DNA of 63,180 nt, the filler included, from Reticulomyxa filosa (taxonomy: Eukaryota > Protista > Foraminifera): the NCBI GenBank assembly GCA_000512085.1. It is 15 parts of 15 records of this genome, joined end to end, with 100 filler letters (N's around TTAATTAATTAA, not from the genome) between each part and the next. Parts side by side here need not be neighbours in the genome. Positions count along the whole stretch, not along the records: positions 41,644 to 50,874 come from ASPP01025929.1; positions 50,975 to 58,931 come from ASPP01014729.1; positions 59,032 to 61,749 come from ASPP01005065.1; positions 61,850 to 63,180 come from ASPP01034162.1; 11 more parts are not named here. One strand, written 5' to 3'. Numbering within the stretch: position 1 is the first letter of the stretch; every line of letters starts with the position of its first letter. The notes beneath the pieces are model-generated. The model saw nothing but the letters and a program-made list of their open reading frames with translations, had not been told where the DNA came from and searched no databases. Below, in pieces: positions 49,592-61,873 of the stretch. The position numbers and the translations under genes were made by a program.

Positions 49592-50874
49592 TATTCATTC
49601 TTACTTTTCCAACATTTTGTTTCTTTGATAAATACAATTTTACAAATGATTTCATTTTAAAGAAAATAATCCAAAATTGAAAATTTTAGTCAGAAATTAT
49701 TGAAACCAAGAAAAAATGCTGTCCCTTGTCAAAAACATTCATTAGCATCACATATTCAATGAAAGTGCTAAAAAAAATACATTATACATTAGGAACATAT
49801 CTTTACAAAGTAAAAATCGCGTACCACAATCTTTTCACGTCAACCAGTATCAATACTTTAGAAATTGTTGACATTATTGTGATTGATCAATTGTTGTTGC
49901 ATAATTTCCTCTTTTTTGATTTCATTTTTTTTCGATTTCTTATCTATTTTCTTCCACTACCGAATCAAAGCCATCTTTGGATTGAAGATTCCAGTGTTTT
50001 TGTATTGATGGAATGTCAACCTGCTAGTAGAGATAAAGAGCTATAAAAAACTTCAACAGTGGCTGAATACAACTCAGTGCTGCCTTCTTTGCACTTGTTA
50101 GCAAAGCCTTCATTTCGTTGTTTTTGAATTTCTTTGAATAGACGCTGTCAAGTCCAAGTCCATGGAATACAAACACTTGGACAAAATGAAAAAGTTTTAA
50201 TTGATAGAATTTTGAAAGTTTCCCCTAGACTTTGGGGTTGATTTTTTGATGAATTAATCTAGCATTTTTGAGTTTTGAATAAGAGATAAAAAAAGAAATT
50301 TCACTTAAAAAATATTTTGTCAAAAAAATTGGTATATATACATTAATAATGAATATATAATACTTTCAAGAAAATCTGAAGATGTAGAACATGCTTGATC
50401 ATCCGCGATAAGGAAAAAGTTTCATGTATAGCAAAGATTGTGACAGGATCTGAAGTTATACTGCAAATGGTTCGGAACTCAGCATGGACCATAAGAAGAT
50501 TTTCTAATTTTTTTTTCAAAAATGTTTATGAATAATATTAATATGTACTTAATTGAAATATTTTTTTAAAAAAAAGAAATATAGTTCGTGTTAGATTATT
50601 ACTGATTGATGTAAAGACTTTGTTTAGAACAATAATTATTTATTATTTGAAAATTCAGGTTCGAAAAGATTCAGTGTTGATACAATGTCTATATTTATCT
50701 AAAAATTGCAAAATTTGATATATAAAGAAAAAGTGGAATTTGTGACGCACTTTGATAAAAAACGCATTGCGAAGGTAAGACACAAATATCTATATAGACT
50801 CTTTATTTTTGTTGAAAATATTATCAATACGTGTGTGTTGCGCCTTATCAACACCGAAATAATGAAATTAATTT

Positions 50875-50974
50875 NNNNNNNNNNNNNNNNNNNNNNNNNN
50901 NNNNNNNNNNNNNNNNNNTTAATTAATTAANNNNNNNNNNNNNNNNNNNNNNNNNNNNNNNNNNNNNNNNNNNN
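50875..50974. other. Artificial contig-joining spacer
   Basis: N44-TTAATTAATTAA-N44. Confidence 0.99.
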
Positions 50975-50987
50975 AAAAAAAATAAAC

Positions 50988-51638
50988 TGTTCTGCCTTGG
51001 GTCAATGAATACTGATATTTGGGCCCGATCACTTGGAAGAACTTGGACAAAGAAATATCACGACGATTTTTAATGGGTGGGATCAAGACAAGCATAGGCG
51101 CAGTGGACAACCCGATTTTTCTGAAAACTTCGCGATTGTCTAGGAAATCCACCTCCACCACAAACACATCAGATAGTTCGTTCGATTGCGTTTTTATTGA
51201 CGCCCTCTGTTTTTCTATCGACTCTGCTAGTCTCTCAAATTCTGAGTCCATCGCTCTTCGTTCCATATTTGTATGTGTATGTTCGTGTTATTACGCTTTT
51301 TTCACAACATTCAGAGTTTATTTGTAACTGGCAGGGATGACAGTTATTCGATTTTATTGCTGTCAGAATTGTCAAGATCCAATAAGGGCGAGGGCCTTTT
51401 ACAATAAATTGCTTGTATTTTTTTGTTTTTCCCCCAAAGTGTGAGTTTGCATTTGTTTGAATCTTGGAATTCCCTCCTCTTCTTACTTTTGTACCTCAAA
51501 ATCTTTTTCGTTGAAGCTTATTTTGGGAGTTTGTGCAGAACGCTGTGTCAACTCCGTTAGCTTTCTTTTAGCTTCTTCGTCAAAAGAATTACTTGAAGAA
51601 GCCAGATAAATCAATCCGATGAGTACTATCCAAAGCAT
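50988..51638 (-). CDS. OST3: Oligosaccharyltransferase OST3/OST6 (MAGT1/TUSC3) luminal thioredoxin-like part, first 3 exons
   Basis: Signal peptide MLWIVLIGLIYLASS, then GPRPYWILTILTA...NCHPCQ (CxxC), EFERLAES, VEVDF...EVFRKIGLSTAP. Confidence 0.88.
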
Positions 51639-52360
51639 TATGTCCTATGATAGGTGAATTTTTATTTATGTGAACGTTTTAGGGAAAGAAAAATTTAAGA
51701 GATATCCAGTTATCGGCAAACAAGAAGAGCCTCTAAAACAAGACAAAATTCATCTATCTCAGAAAAAGTAAACTTCCTTAAACTACAAAAATCTTAAGAA
51801 CATTATCATATCAAAATTTCTGATGCAGTAAAATTCGAGTCGTTTGTTACTTTTTTTTACTTTCATTTGCTTGGTAAACGTCTAAAAAAAGTTTATAAAT
51901 CAAGATAGTCTAAGCAGTACCCACTCTTGGGTTTCACATGAACTAAAGAATGGCAACGGAAAGAAAAATAAAAAACACTTTGAAAACTACAATTTTAAAA
52001 CCCTAAAGAAAACATAAAAACAAAAAAAGTAGCACTCAATAATTTTGATAGATTGTAGTGCACGAATCAAAATTAGATTTTTATTGTTTTGTAGCTTGTT
52101 TTTCATCGTATATGGTAAAAAAGAGTAAAACAAAAGAAAAACTCTGTTTCTTGATGCACAATTTGGTTTTTACTTTTTCACTCCACAATTGGATATAATC
52201 TTACGGCAATATTTTGTTGATTTTCATCTTCATTTTCGTTTTGTTTTTGCTGCTCTAAAATCACTTGATTTGTAGCACTGGATTTACTACCGTCTGCTTG
52301 CACGGAAGGAACTCGCCTTTAAAAAACAATAAAGCTTTGATAGGGAAAGTGAGAAAAAAG

Positions 52361-55300
52361 CTATACAACATACCATCCACTGAATACACTATCTAGAGAT
52401 TTTCTACTGATAAAACAAGAAGATATAAATCTCTTTTTTCTTCTTTGAATCATGAGTTTTGAAGTGTTTTGATTATCAGCAGAATAAATATCGTTACTGG
52501 CTAGCGAAGCTTGCGAAGGAAGGAGGCCCTGTTGAGAGGGATATGAATTTTGTAACTGTTCCTCTACCAAATCTTTTTCAATGTCTTGAACAATTTCCAG
52601 TTCGTCGTGCAAATGACAAATATATCGCGAGTGTCTTCGATTGGCATTTTCTTGGCAAGTAGCAATCCGATGAAGCGCTTGCAAGCTCTGGAGACTACTT
52701 TTGACAGTCAACATAAGGTTTTTGCGAATCCTTTCGGCTCTTCTCAACTCGACTTGAGATGTGACATCCAAAATGCACCCTGGAAACGAGCCACACGCAG
52801 CCAAGATAATAGTTGCGCTGGTCATGGGATTCGTTTCCAAATGATATATGTTATCGATTAATTGGGCTTTTTTGTGTTTACTTTTGGGGTCAATATTTAG
52901 TGTAGTGTAAAACGAAAGGAGCACAGAAGGTGGAGTTTTTTCTTTTAAAATGAAATAAAATTCCCTTCTTTCGGCTTCAAATCGACTGATCTGTTCTTGC
53001 ATTTTTTCGGGAGACTTGTTCATCTCATTTAACAGTGATTGCAATCGGTTAAGCTCTTCACAATGGATGGATAAGTTTAAATAAGTTGGAGTGTTAAACA
53101 CGCACCAAAACTTGGCCCGATAATTGAAGGCCGTAAATGTCTTGGCCCATAACACGAGAATTTCATCTCGTAATTGTTGCATTCGTTGTTGAATACACTT
53201 AGCTTGTGTCTTGCGTACAAAAGCAGCACGGATGACAGCTTGACAGCTTGCAATTTGTTGCAAGTGTTGTAAATATTCAAATCTTGCCTTACTGCTGGTC
53301 ATATAGGATTGAATTTGATACGTTGCTTTCAAAATTCGCAATGATTCAAATTGACATTGTCTTGTCCGAACACTGGTTTGCAAACATAACGTGTGTTGTT
53401 TCAAAATGCAATGAGATTTTTGAACGGAAAACGACTTGATGATCCCTTGCAAAGTCTGAATAGAATTTTCATAGCGATGTAATTTCATTTTTTGTGCGCA
53501 CAAATATGTGCGAATACTTGCCTGAAGGACACGGCAATGTTGAACTAATGCCAAAAAATTTTGTCTTTGTTTGCAAGTGTCCTTCAACAAACGATGGCTG
53601 GTTTGAATGCAAAGAATACAATTCTTTTGTTTCAGAAATGTGATTCGATCTAGTCCCCTGCGTATGAAACATTGCAAAAAAATAGTGCTATCACAATAGT
53701 TGTCCCATGATTTTATTTGGTCAATTTGATGTGCATATTGCATTGCCATCAATTGTTGCATGGCCTTATTTATCTCTTTGCTGCGATTTATCTTGAGATT
53801 CGCCTGACGTATATCCCATTCTGCAATAACCTTGGACACCCTACCAAATCTCTCCATTTTCAGATTTGGAAATGATGGGTAGGAAAAATGCAAACGATCC
53901 AAATTGTTACAATTGGGAGGATTTGCCACAAACACTCCCTTCAAATCCATACTTCGATCTTCTAAAAATGGTGTCTGTTGCTTGTGGGCAAATGCTCCCC
54001 TGTTTTTTTTGGCTACGAGCTCTTCGTCAAAGTATCTCATGCTATCGGATTTTTGTATCGGCGACATCAACCGTTTTGCTTTTGCTCTTCCATGTATTCA
54101 CTTCGCTCTTGCACAAAGGAATGGAACATTTGTGTGTTGGTAAAACATTCCATGAATGGCCTTGACGATTTGTCTGTCGTTTCGTCCAAAAAGTGTTTGC
54201 GGTTGAATTCGTACTGGCATTTGGGTTTTATATTTTTTTCTTCAAAGTACTTGTGATACTCTTGCAAGATCGATGTGAAAAACTTTAAAAATCCGTGTTG
54301 AATCCGTCGAAATAACTCCTCTTCCAACGTGTCGATTCCATCAGCCGATGATTTGTAATCGCTCTCGACCCTCGTTCCACTCATTAAAAATCGCGAAATC
54401 GGAAGAAGTTCCGGCAGACATATCTCAATTTTTTTGGAGACATTGGCATATTTGCCACTTACATTATTGTTATTGTTAATACTATTGTTATTGCCACTAT
54501 TATTATTATTGTTGTTATTATTATTACTATTGTTATTGCCATTGTTAGTATTCGTATTATTGTTGTTGACATCACTGTTATTATTGTTATTGTTAATACT
54601 ATTGTTGCTCCCATCCATTGAATAGGCGTTTCCGTTATTGTCTTTGATGTTCCCATTATTCGTGTTGCTGTCATTATTGAACTCATTTGTGTTACTTATC
54701 GTGTTAGTAAGTTCCAATTCGTGTTCGTCATTCACAACAATACTACTGACGCTATTGTTCATCCCATTCCCCATTTTCCCTAATTTTAAGCGTTTTCTGT
54801 GGCGGATCCTTCCTTTGCGTTCCGGAGAACGATTGAGCCAGGGTAGTGATGATAACACTCGCTCCAGCTTTTCCATTGCCCTCATCGGCAATGGAGGTAA
54901 ATCTGGAGGGCCCATCACTCGGTTTTCATCCAAGTACACCAACACTACCTGTTACATTTGCAATACGCTTTTTTTAATGCCATTTCGATCAATCAAATGG
55001 GAAGTGAAAGAAGAAAAAGAAGTATTATACGTATACATGTACCTCATCTAAGGGAGTATTGTCCAGCCATTGGGGTTGGACTCCTGCCAAGAACGGCACA
55101 GGTGAAGATAAAAAATCCAATAAAGATTGAGGTAAAATTGGCATGTAAACACCCTGATATTGAAATGGGAAGATCAAGGTGGTAATGGTCTCCGCTGCTT
55201 GTAAGAGCAGCAAAGGACTGGTAGAGATAAATACAATTTTCTGCTCCAGTAACAAGGCTTGAAATAACGCTAGTATACAGCCAGAACTCAAGCAACGAAA

Positions 55301-56911
55301 CAAGTTTAATCCATTCACGTTGACACAAGGCAACGTGTTTGGAGGCGGTCTCTTCAATGTCAATAACACATCTCCTATCACAAATTTTACTCGTAGCTTT
55401 CCCATTGGAGGAACTGTAGTATTTTTCCATTGTTCATTTGTATTTGACATTGTCTTATACGTATTCGCAAATAATTCAGCAAACACATAACATATAAAAA
55501 CCGACCTGGCACTTCATGCATAAGATTGACGACGTAGCGCTCGACTTTTTTTTTTAAAAAGGTCTGTTTTTCAGATGCAAAAAAAAAAAAAAAAGAAGAT
55601 CAATTATAATAACTTGGTATGGGTGACTGAGGTGTTTTGGTCACACGATACAATGTTTGTAGCCATTGACTAAAGGTGTCTGTTCCATGGAAATAAAACA
55701 GGAGCACAAGAGTTAAGTTTTGTGTGCGTTTGGTCACGTGCTCTTTTTTTTCTTCCCTCCTCCCTTCCTCTCTCAACTGAAAAAAGGCCAGTGAGAAATG
55801 ACCGCAATAGCAACAGGTGCATACAATTGCTCTGGCCATTCCGTGATGGGATCAACACCGAATTTTTTAACTCGAAAATCGTTCACTTTCTCCGACATAG
55901 TAATAATGTCCACTGGAGACAATCTCTCCCAAAATACCAGCGCACTGCCATACTGTCTGGTACCTTGCGCATCTGTCAACACAAAGCCCCGTACTTCGGT
56001 TCCTTTCCCTTCTTCTCGCACTTCTATCGGTTCCGGAAACACGAAATCATAGACTCGCGTTGCCAAAGGACATTCCGGATAATCTTGCAAAGGGTATCTT
56101 TTCAATTCAACAACAAAAGTTTCAAAATGATTTACTAAAAAAAATGGACATACCGGTCTCGTATACGTGGATGAAACTTGACTTCAGTCAAGGCATTCGG
56201 AATCGAAACGAAGGATGAAGACTTTTGTATAAACTGAGGAGGACTGTTATCACTTTCCACATCTTGTATCTCTGGCAAAATCATTTCTTTGTGCCCAATA
56301 ATCAAGAAATAATCCGCCAGCCTTTCAATTGCTTCTTCGTTTTTGCTTGCAGTTCGTGGAGACGCAAACACCCGATCCACATATTTTTGCGTTATAAATT
56401 GCATCCTTTCATTGTACGAACTCTCACGCGTTGCACATTCATATGAAAAGCAATATTTTTGCAACACATTATTGACAGAACCGTTGCCACCGAATGATGA
56501 CTACGTATACGTTTTGTGTTTTCATAAAATATAAAGGCATTTTTAATCATTTTCAAAAAAACAAAAAATTTGTTTCAAAACTAATTTTTCAAACATGTCT
56601 TCAGTCCAATTATCATACACTAGCGATTTTACAACAGAGATATGAGTTCCCAAATTTCTATGGACACTTGCACAGTTTTCACAAATGCACACTCCATGAG
56701 TAAGTGCACACCATTGAGGATTTGGCATAAAACAATCCGCACAAAAGCGATTATCTGGAAGATAAATAAAATCTTTGAGTTGTTCTTGAATACTTTTTTT
56801 TTCTGGTTTTAACAATAATCGTCCAACAGAACGAGTCCTTCCAGAATAACCACTTATACTCACACTCTTGCTGTAACTTGGAGAAAGTGGAGGGCTTCTT
56901 AGAGAAGACAT
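52361..56911 (-). CDS. ArfGAP - DENN (u/c/d) - IQ repeats - DUF3490-like multidomain protein
   Basis: ArfGAP C-x2-C-x16-C-x2-C-x4-R (CADC...CENCASVHR); uDENN LADYFLIIG, RYP..DY..PL, FVLTDAQG..QYG; cDENN ALLLEQKIVFIS, YMPILP..LLDFLSSPVPFLAGV; dDENN FTNTQMFHSFVQER. About 7 IQ-like motifs. One frameshift at ~54074-54077. Confidence 0.88.
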
Positions 56912-57152
56912 CTTAGATTAAACAAAATAAATGCTACTTTCTTTTACTTTGCGTAAACATACTTCAAAACCCACTTTAGCAAAAGGTTCTCCAAGGGAAG
57001 ATGCAAATTATGTCACCGATTTTCAAAAGTAACAATTACAAACTTGGAAAAGATTGTTTCAATTTTTTTTGGGGTGTTTTTGCACGTTTTATGGTGCATG
57101 AACAAATAATCGAAGTTACTGCAACTTTAACAAATGTCCACATTGACTTCAT

Positions 57153-58690
57153 TCAAACAGTTCTAGTGAACAAGCCAGAGAAATTTAAAGAATTAGAAAT
57201 CGCTTCAAAATTCTGTTGCATTTCAATTTCATTCGCCTGAGTAACCAAATTTCCATTGCACGCTTTTACAATTTTATCCAAGCCGGTTTCTTCACTTCCT
57301 CCAAACTTCATGCACCATAGCGAAAATTCTATAAAATAAAAAAAAAAACAATTTACAAATGTTGAGGCAAGTTAAAATAGATGCAAAACTGTCTTGAAGA
57401 TTTTCTTTTACACGCTTAATAACATTAATACTTTCTTCATCTCCTTTGTCATCATCAGTCAGGAAAATAACTGTTGTGTTTGGATCGCTTGGATTGATCA
57501 GTTGTTCCATCTTTTTGAATGCAGCACTGTATGTAGTCCCTCCAAACCATGTTCTTGCTTCAGAAGGAAACTTGTTCAAGCAATATTTTTGTACGAATCC
57601 ACTCACCACACACTCACGTTTTGCCACGACTTCGGCCTCCCAGTGGAACAACACCAAACTTATCAAATCATTGTTGCTTTTTCGTTCTTCGACGAAAGAA
57701 TGCAAAGACGAATATACTGATTGATAACAAATAAAAAACCCCTTCATTATCATGCATTTTTAAAAAAAAATTAAAAGAAACTTAACCAGCACCCAAACGA
57801 TTATTCAATTTTTTTTTTAAATCTTCGGATTTCTGTTTTTTTTTTTTGTGTGTGTGAAGAAAAAATTATAGCAAAAAGAAAATTAAATGACGACTCTTTG
57901 CACTAACAAGGATTTCAGGCAACGTGGTTCTCCAATCATCCTTTGTCATACTGAAGCTACGATCCACGAGCACGATACTGAACAAATGTGTTGTATAATG
58001 TTTAGACAAATGGGCATGTGGCAAACTATACGTGAACAGAAGTAATTGCTCTTAACATGTGATGTTCGACATGGCTACAATTAAACTTGTGGCCTTTGAA
58101 AACAAAAAAGTTGTCTGTCTTTTCGATAGCTTTATGGAATATTTCCCCCAGACAATTTCCCTTGGGCATGGCACTTTCACTTTTTTCCTCAGGTATTATT
58201 GTATAGTGACTCGGGTGAGGACATTGTTCGCTGTGGTTAAAAATGCCAAAGGTACAAAAAAAAAAAAATTTTCCCTTTCAGCAAAAAAAAAAAAATTAAC
58301 TGGCAACGTTGAAAGAGTTTTTGATTTCAAAAGTATAAGGATCTCTGAATTTGATGGATTTCCAGTAATAATCGTGCGATAACTCGTCTTTGGGCACGTT
58401 GAGTTCCGGTTCATACTTGATGGATTCATGTCGATGATTGCCAGGTGTGTGAGAGCACTGAGACTCCGTACAGTAACGAAAGTGCAAATGTCCTGGGCCC
58501 AAACGACTGCATGCCTTATGACACAATTCAAGTCCTAAGTATTCCCCAGCTTTATAAGTGGTGTCTTTGTCGTTCTTGTCACGTATTTTAAAGGTAACGT
58601 GAGAATAGTTGGATAAGACTTGAGTGTTGATCATGGGACCGTGTATTGTATCATGTCGATCGTCGTCCTATCTTATCCAAATACGCGTTT
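57153..58690 (-). CDS. 3' end of a large Cys/His-rich + vWA-domain protein, multi-exon
   Basis: CHKACSRLGPGHLH...PKDELSHDYYW..IKFRDPY, GHKFNC, MIDAS IIVLVDRSFSM, NNRLGAVY, GGTTYSAA, VIFLTD; stop TGA at 57153-57155. Confidence 0.8.
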
Positions 58691-58931
58691 TTCCGTATTC
58701 AATAAAAACAAACAAAAAAAGCAAATGTCTTAAAAAAAAAAGATGACAAGATTGCAATAAATAAGCGGAAGGTAAAGAAAAAACAAACAAAACTGTCAAA
58801 GCATGTCCATATCCACGGGTGCAAAAATATTCTGTTAAAGATAGTAAAAATCAAACATACACTTGAACATACAAATGGTCGAAGGTATTTTAAAAATAAA
58901 AAGAATGTAGTCAACTGCAACCAGGACACAC

Positions 58932-59031
58932 NNNNNNNNNNNNNNNNNNNNNNNNNNNNNNNNNNNNNNNNNNNNTTAATTAATTAANNNNNNNNNNNNN
59001 NNNNNNNNNNNNNNNNNNNNNNNNNNNNNNN
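58932..59031. other. Artificial contig-joining spacer
   Basis: N44-TTAATTAATTAA-N44. Confidence 0.99.
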
Positions 59032-59665
59032 TTGTAACAAACAATTGTGTGGTTATCGTTACATTTCCTTTGCATTCAATTTCACATTCGACTGCATAAA
59101 CATTCCCATCAATGATCATTTCGTCAAATATAATCAGATTTTGCTTCATAACATATAACCAATAATCACCATATTCTTGCTTTTTAGTAATTGCATCATT
59201 ATTGATACACGAAATAAAAGAGGATGTCATCCCATTTGATTTTTTCTTTGCACTATTTTGCTGTTCAATTTCATTTGCAATCACTGCAATCAATCCTTTT
59301 TCATTTCTGCTTAGCATTTGCTCCACAATTTTTACTGCCTCAGTATTTGATATTATCCATCCCATGTCCCAATGCCTTTTAAAGTCCAAAGTCTCTGGGG
59401 TATTCCTCTTCTCTTCATTTGTCCTTTGCTGTTGCACATAAGCAATGAAATCAAACTTAGAGTTTTTAATTGCCTGTTGCAGTTGCTCGTCTGTTTCAAT
59501 ATCACACGCATTTGCATCAGTAATTTTAATCAACACATTTTCTTGTTCGTCGTCAACTTTGAGCACATTAAGTATTTGTTTCTTCAAAGCTCCCATTGTC
59601 AACACTTCCAACCCGAGTCGATATTCTTTTGAGTCAATTGTTACAAAAAGTTCCAAACAAGACAT
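59032..59665 (-). CDS. N-terminus of a protein of the same family as the TPR protein at 33643-34704 (PB1-like + beta-rich domain)
   Basis: IIFDEMIIDGNVYAVECEIECKGNVTITTQLFVT matches IIFDNITIDGCVYAVDCIIDGFGNCYITQQLIPT of the TPR protein. N-terminal ITD...DIETDEQLQQAI resembles the PB1 acidic motif. Confidence 0.75.
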
Positions 59666-59884
59666 TTTTCAATACTATTATTGATTTTTTAATTATAAGA
59701 AAAATCCTTTTTTGGTTTTTCACCGGTTTCCAACAATTTGTTAAGAAAGTTAGATGCTGATCTAAAAGTTGAAGGGAAAAGAAGCTTATTTTTTCAAAGA
59801 GTGTTAAAAAGAGAAAAGGGTAACCAATTGCAAGAAATGAGTTATTTTTTAATTTTTGTAGACTTTCGAATTTTTTTGTTTTGA

Positions 59885-61386
59885 TTAGCGTGGTGAGGAT
59901 GGCAGAGCGAATCCAGAATCTTCTTGTACTATAGCAGTATTAATCACTGTGGATCCACCAGAAGCATAAACGACGACCAAACTCTTTCTCACTCCTATAT
60001 TTATTGTGAGTAATAAATAATGTTGTGTAATCGAGTGAGAAGCATAAATAAGTAAAAAAGGAAGACAATATACCAGGCCAAGAGTCTCCAAAGATTTTGT
60101 TGTTCGCTACGACAGTGCGTTGACTATTAGAAAGCAGCGATTGTGTTTTGGTAGTGACGTCCGCCACGCCATACGCAGCTCCAAAAATGATATATGTATC
60201 AGGCTGCAGCTGGAATTTGTTGTGGGTCCATTCGCGCGAGTTGCGTGTGATTATCATCTTCTTTTCTTCTTCTACAATCGCAATGCCCACCGAAGTGGCA
60301 TTGACTCCATACTTGTACACCACCACTAATGTCTTTTTCACATCTTTTTTATAAAAAGAGCATTAAAAACGTTATCAATCTAAAAAAAATATATACACAT
60401 ATAATATATGTACATATATGTTTTCTTTAAAAAAAACATACTGCACCAACAATCACCAAAGACTTGATTGGATGCAGAAACCGTTAATTGGTTATTGGAA
60501 ACGAGACGTGTCACTTTGTCGGTAACATTGGAAAGTCCATAGGCCGCGCCAAGGATGATCAAATTGTCCCTCTCTTGCACAGTCAACTCGTGCAGCGTCC
60601 ATTTTGATAGCGGCGTAATTTCTAACTCCTCTGTCCCCTCCCATTCTCCTGCACACGCAACATGCGACGTCGTCATACTCATATCATAACCATACACTAC
60701 TACCAATGACTTTTTCACGTCTTTTTTTTTTAAAAAAAAAAACATACGCAAAGTCATATGTATACGTATATTCGTGTGTACGTAAAGAAAATCGAAACTA
60801 GGCCAGGTGTCGCCAAAGGTTTTGTTATTTACATCAACAACAAGTTCGTGATGTGATATCAAATTTCGTGATGACGTGGTTACGTCCTCCAAACCGTATA
60901 CGGCTCCGAAAATGGTCAATTTATTCGGCCTTAAATTAAACTCGTGAAAGTACCACTCGCGCGTGTTTTGTGTAATCACTAGCCTCTTATCTTCCTCTAC
61001 AAATGCCACACCTGCTGCATATGCATCTATGCCATACTTGTATACTACCACCAATGTCTTTTTCACGTCTTTTTGTCGTGTCGTTTTATTCTTTTTATAT
61101 ACATATCACTAAACAAGGCAAAAAAAATCTACTTACTGCGCCATCCATCCCCAAAGACTTTGTTTGAAGCATACACGGCCAGTTGGTTGTTTGTAACCAA
61201 TCGTTTCACGTCCTCGGTCACATTCATCAATCCATATACTGCTCCCAAGATATACAGGGTTTCAGTGTTTGAAGACGGCTCTCCTTCTAGTGTCCCCGTT
61301 TTTTCTTCAGTTGTTGACGTTTGCATCTTATTGCAAGAATTAATAATCTTATTTTTTGCATCTTGAAAAAGATTGATTTTCTTCAT
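59885..61386 (-). CDS. Protein of four tandem SUEL-lectin/DUF3395-like repeats, 5 exons
   Basis: 4 copies of I.GA.YG..[DN]VT......L.V...N..FGD.W..V[KR]K[TS]LVVVY. Introns at 61069-61136, 60721-60798, 60344-60441 and 59995-60073. Start at 61386 or 61326. Confidence 0.8.
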
Positions 61387-61749
61387 GCTTTTCTTCTCCT
61401 CTTGGTAAGGTAACGCGTCTCCTTTGGTCAAAAAAACACTTTTTACTTGTAACAATAATTATTTTATGACACAAACAACTTTTTGCTTTGGCATAAAAAC
61501 TAAGGTAAGAAATTTTAAAATTAAAAAAATTTACATTGTCCGAACACGCAACAACGAAAAAACACTTATTATACTGTAAGTTGTAAACCCTCGATCATCA
61601 TCAAAAATTTACAGTTTTAACTGTTGCAATAAATTTGTTCATCTCCAAACGCGAATTAGATTGTTGTTAAAGCCATAATTATCATTTTATTTTTATTCAT
61701 TTTTCGTTGGATGAAATCAACATTATTTCAAATGATTTTTGAAAATTCT

Positions 61750-61849
61750 NNNNNNNNNNNNNNNNNNNNNNNNNNNNNNNNNNNNNNNNNNNNTTAATTA
61801 ATTAANNNNNNNNNNNNNNNNNNNNNNNNNNNNNNNNNNNNNNNNNNNN
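61750..61849. other. Artificial contig-joining spacer
   Basis: N44-TTAATTAATTAA-N44. Confidence 0.99.
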
Positions 61850-61873
61850 AATAATAATAATAATAATAAATAA

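Noticed and set aside
49700-50874. Protein-like fragments after the DJ-1-like gene
   Set aside because: Too degraded to assign strand or family.
10665-61849. Regularly recurring palindrome TTAATTAATTAA between N-runs, as a repeat array or recombination site
   Set aside because: Identical 100-nt cassette with stops in all six frames; it is an artificial contig linker.
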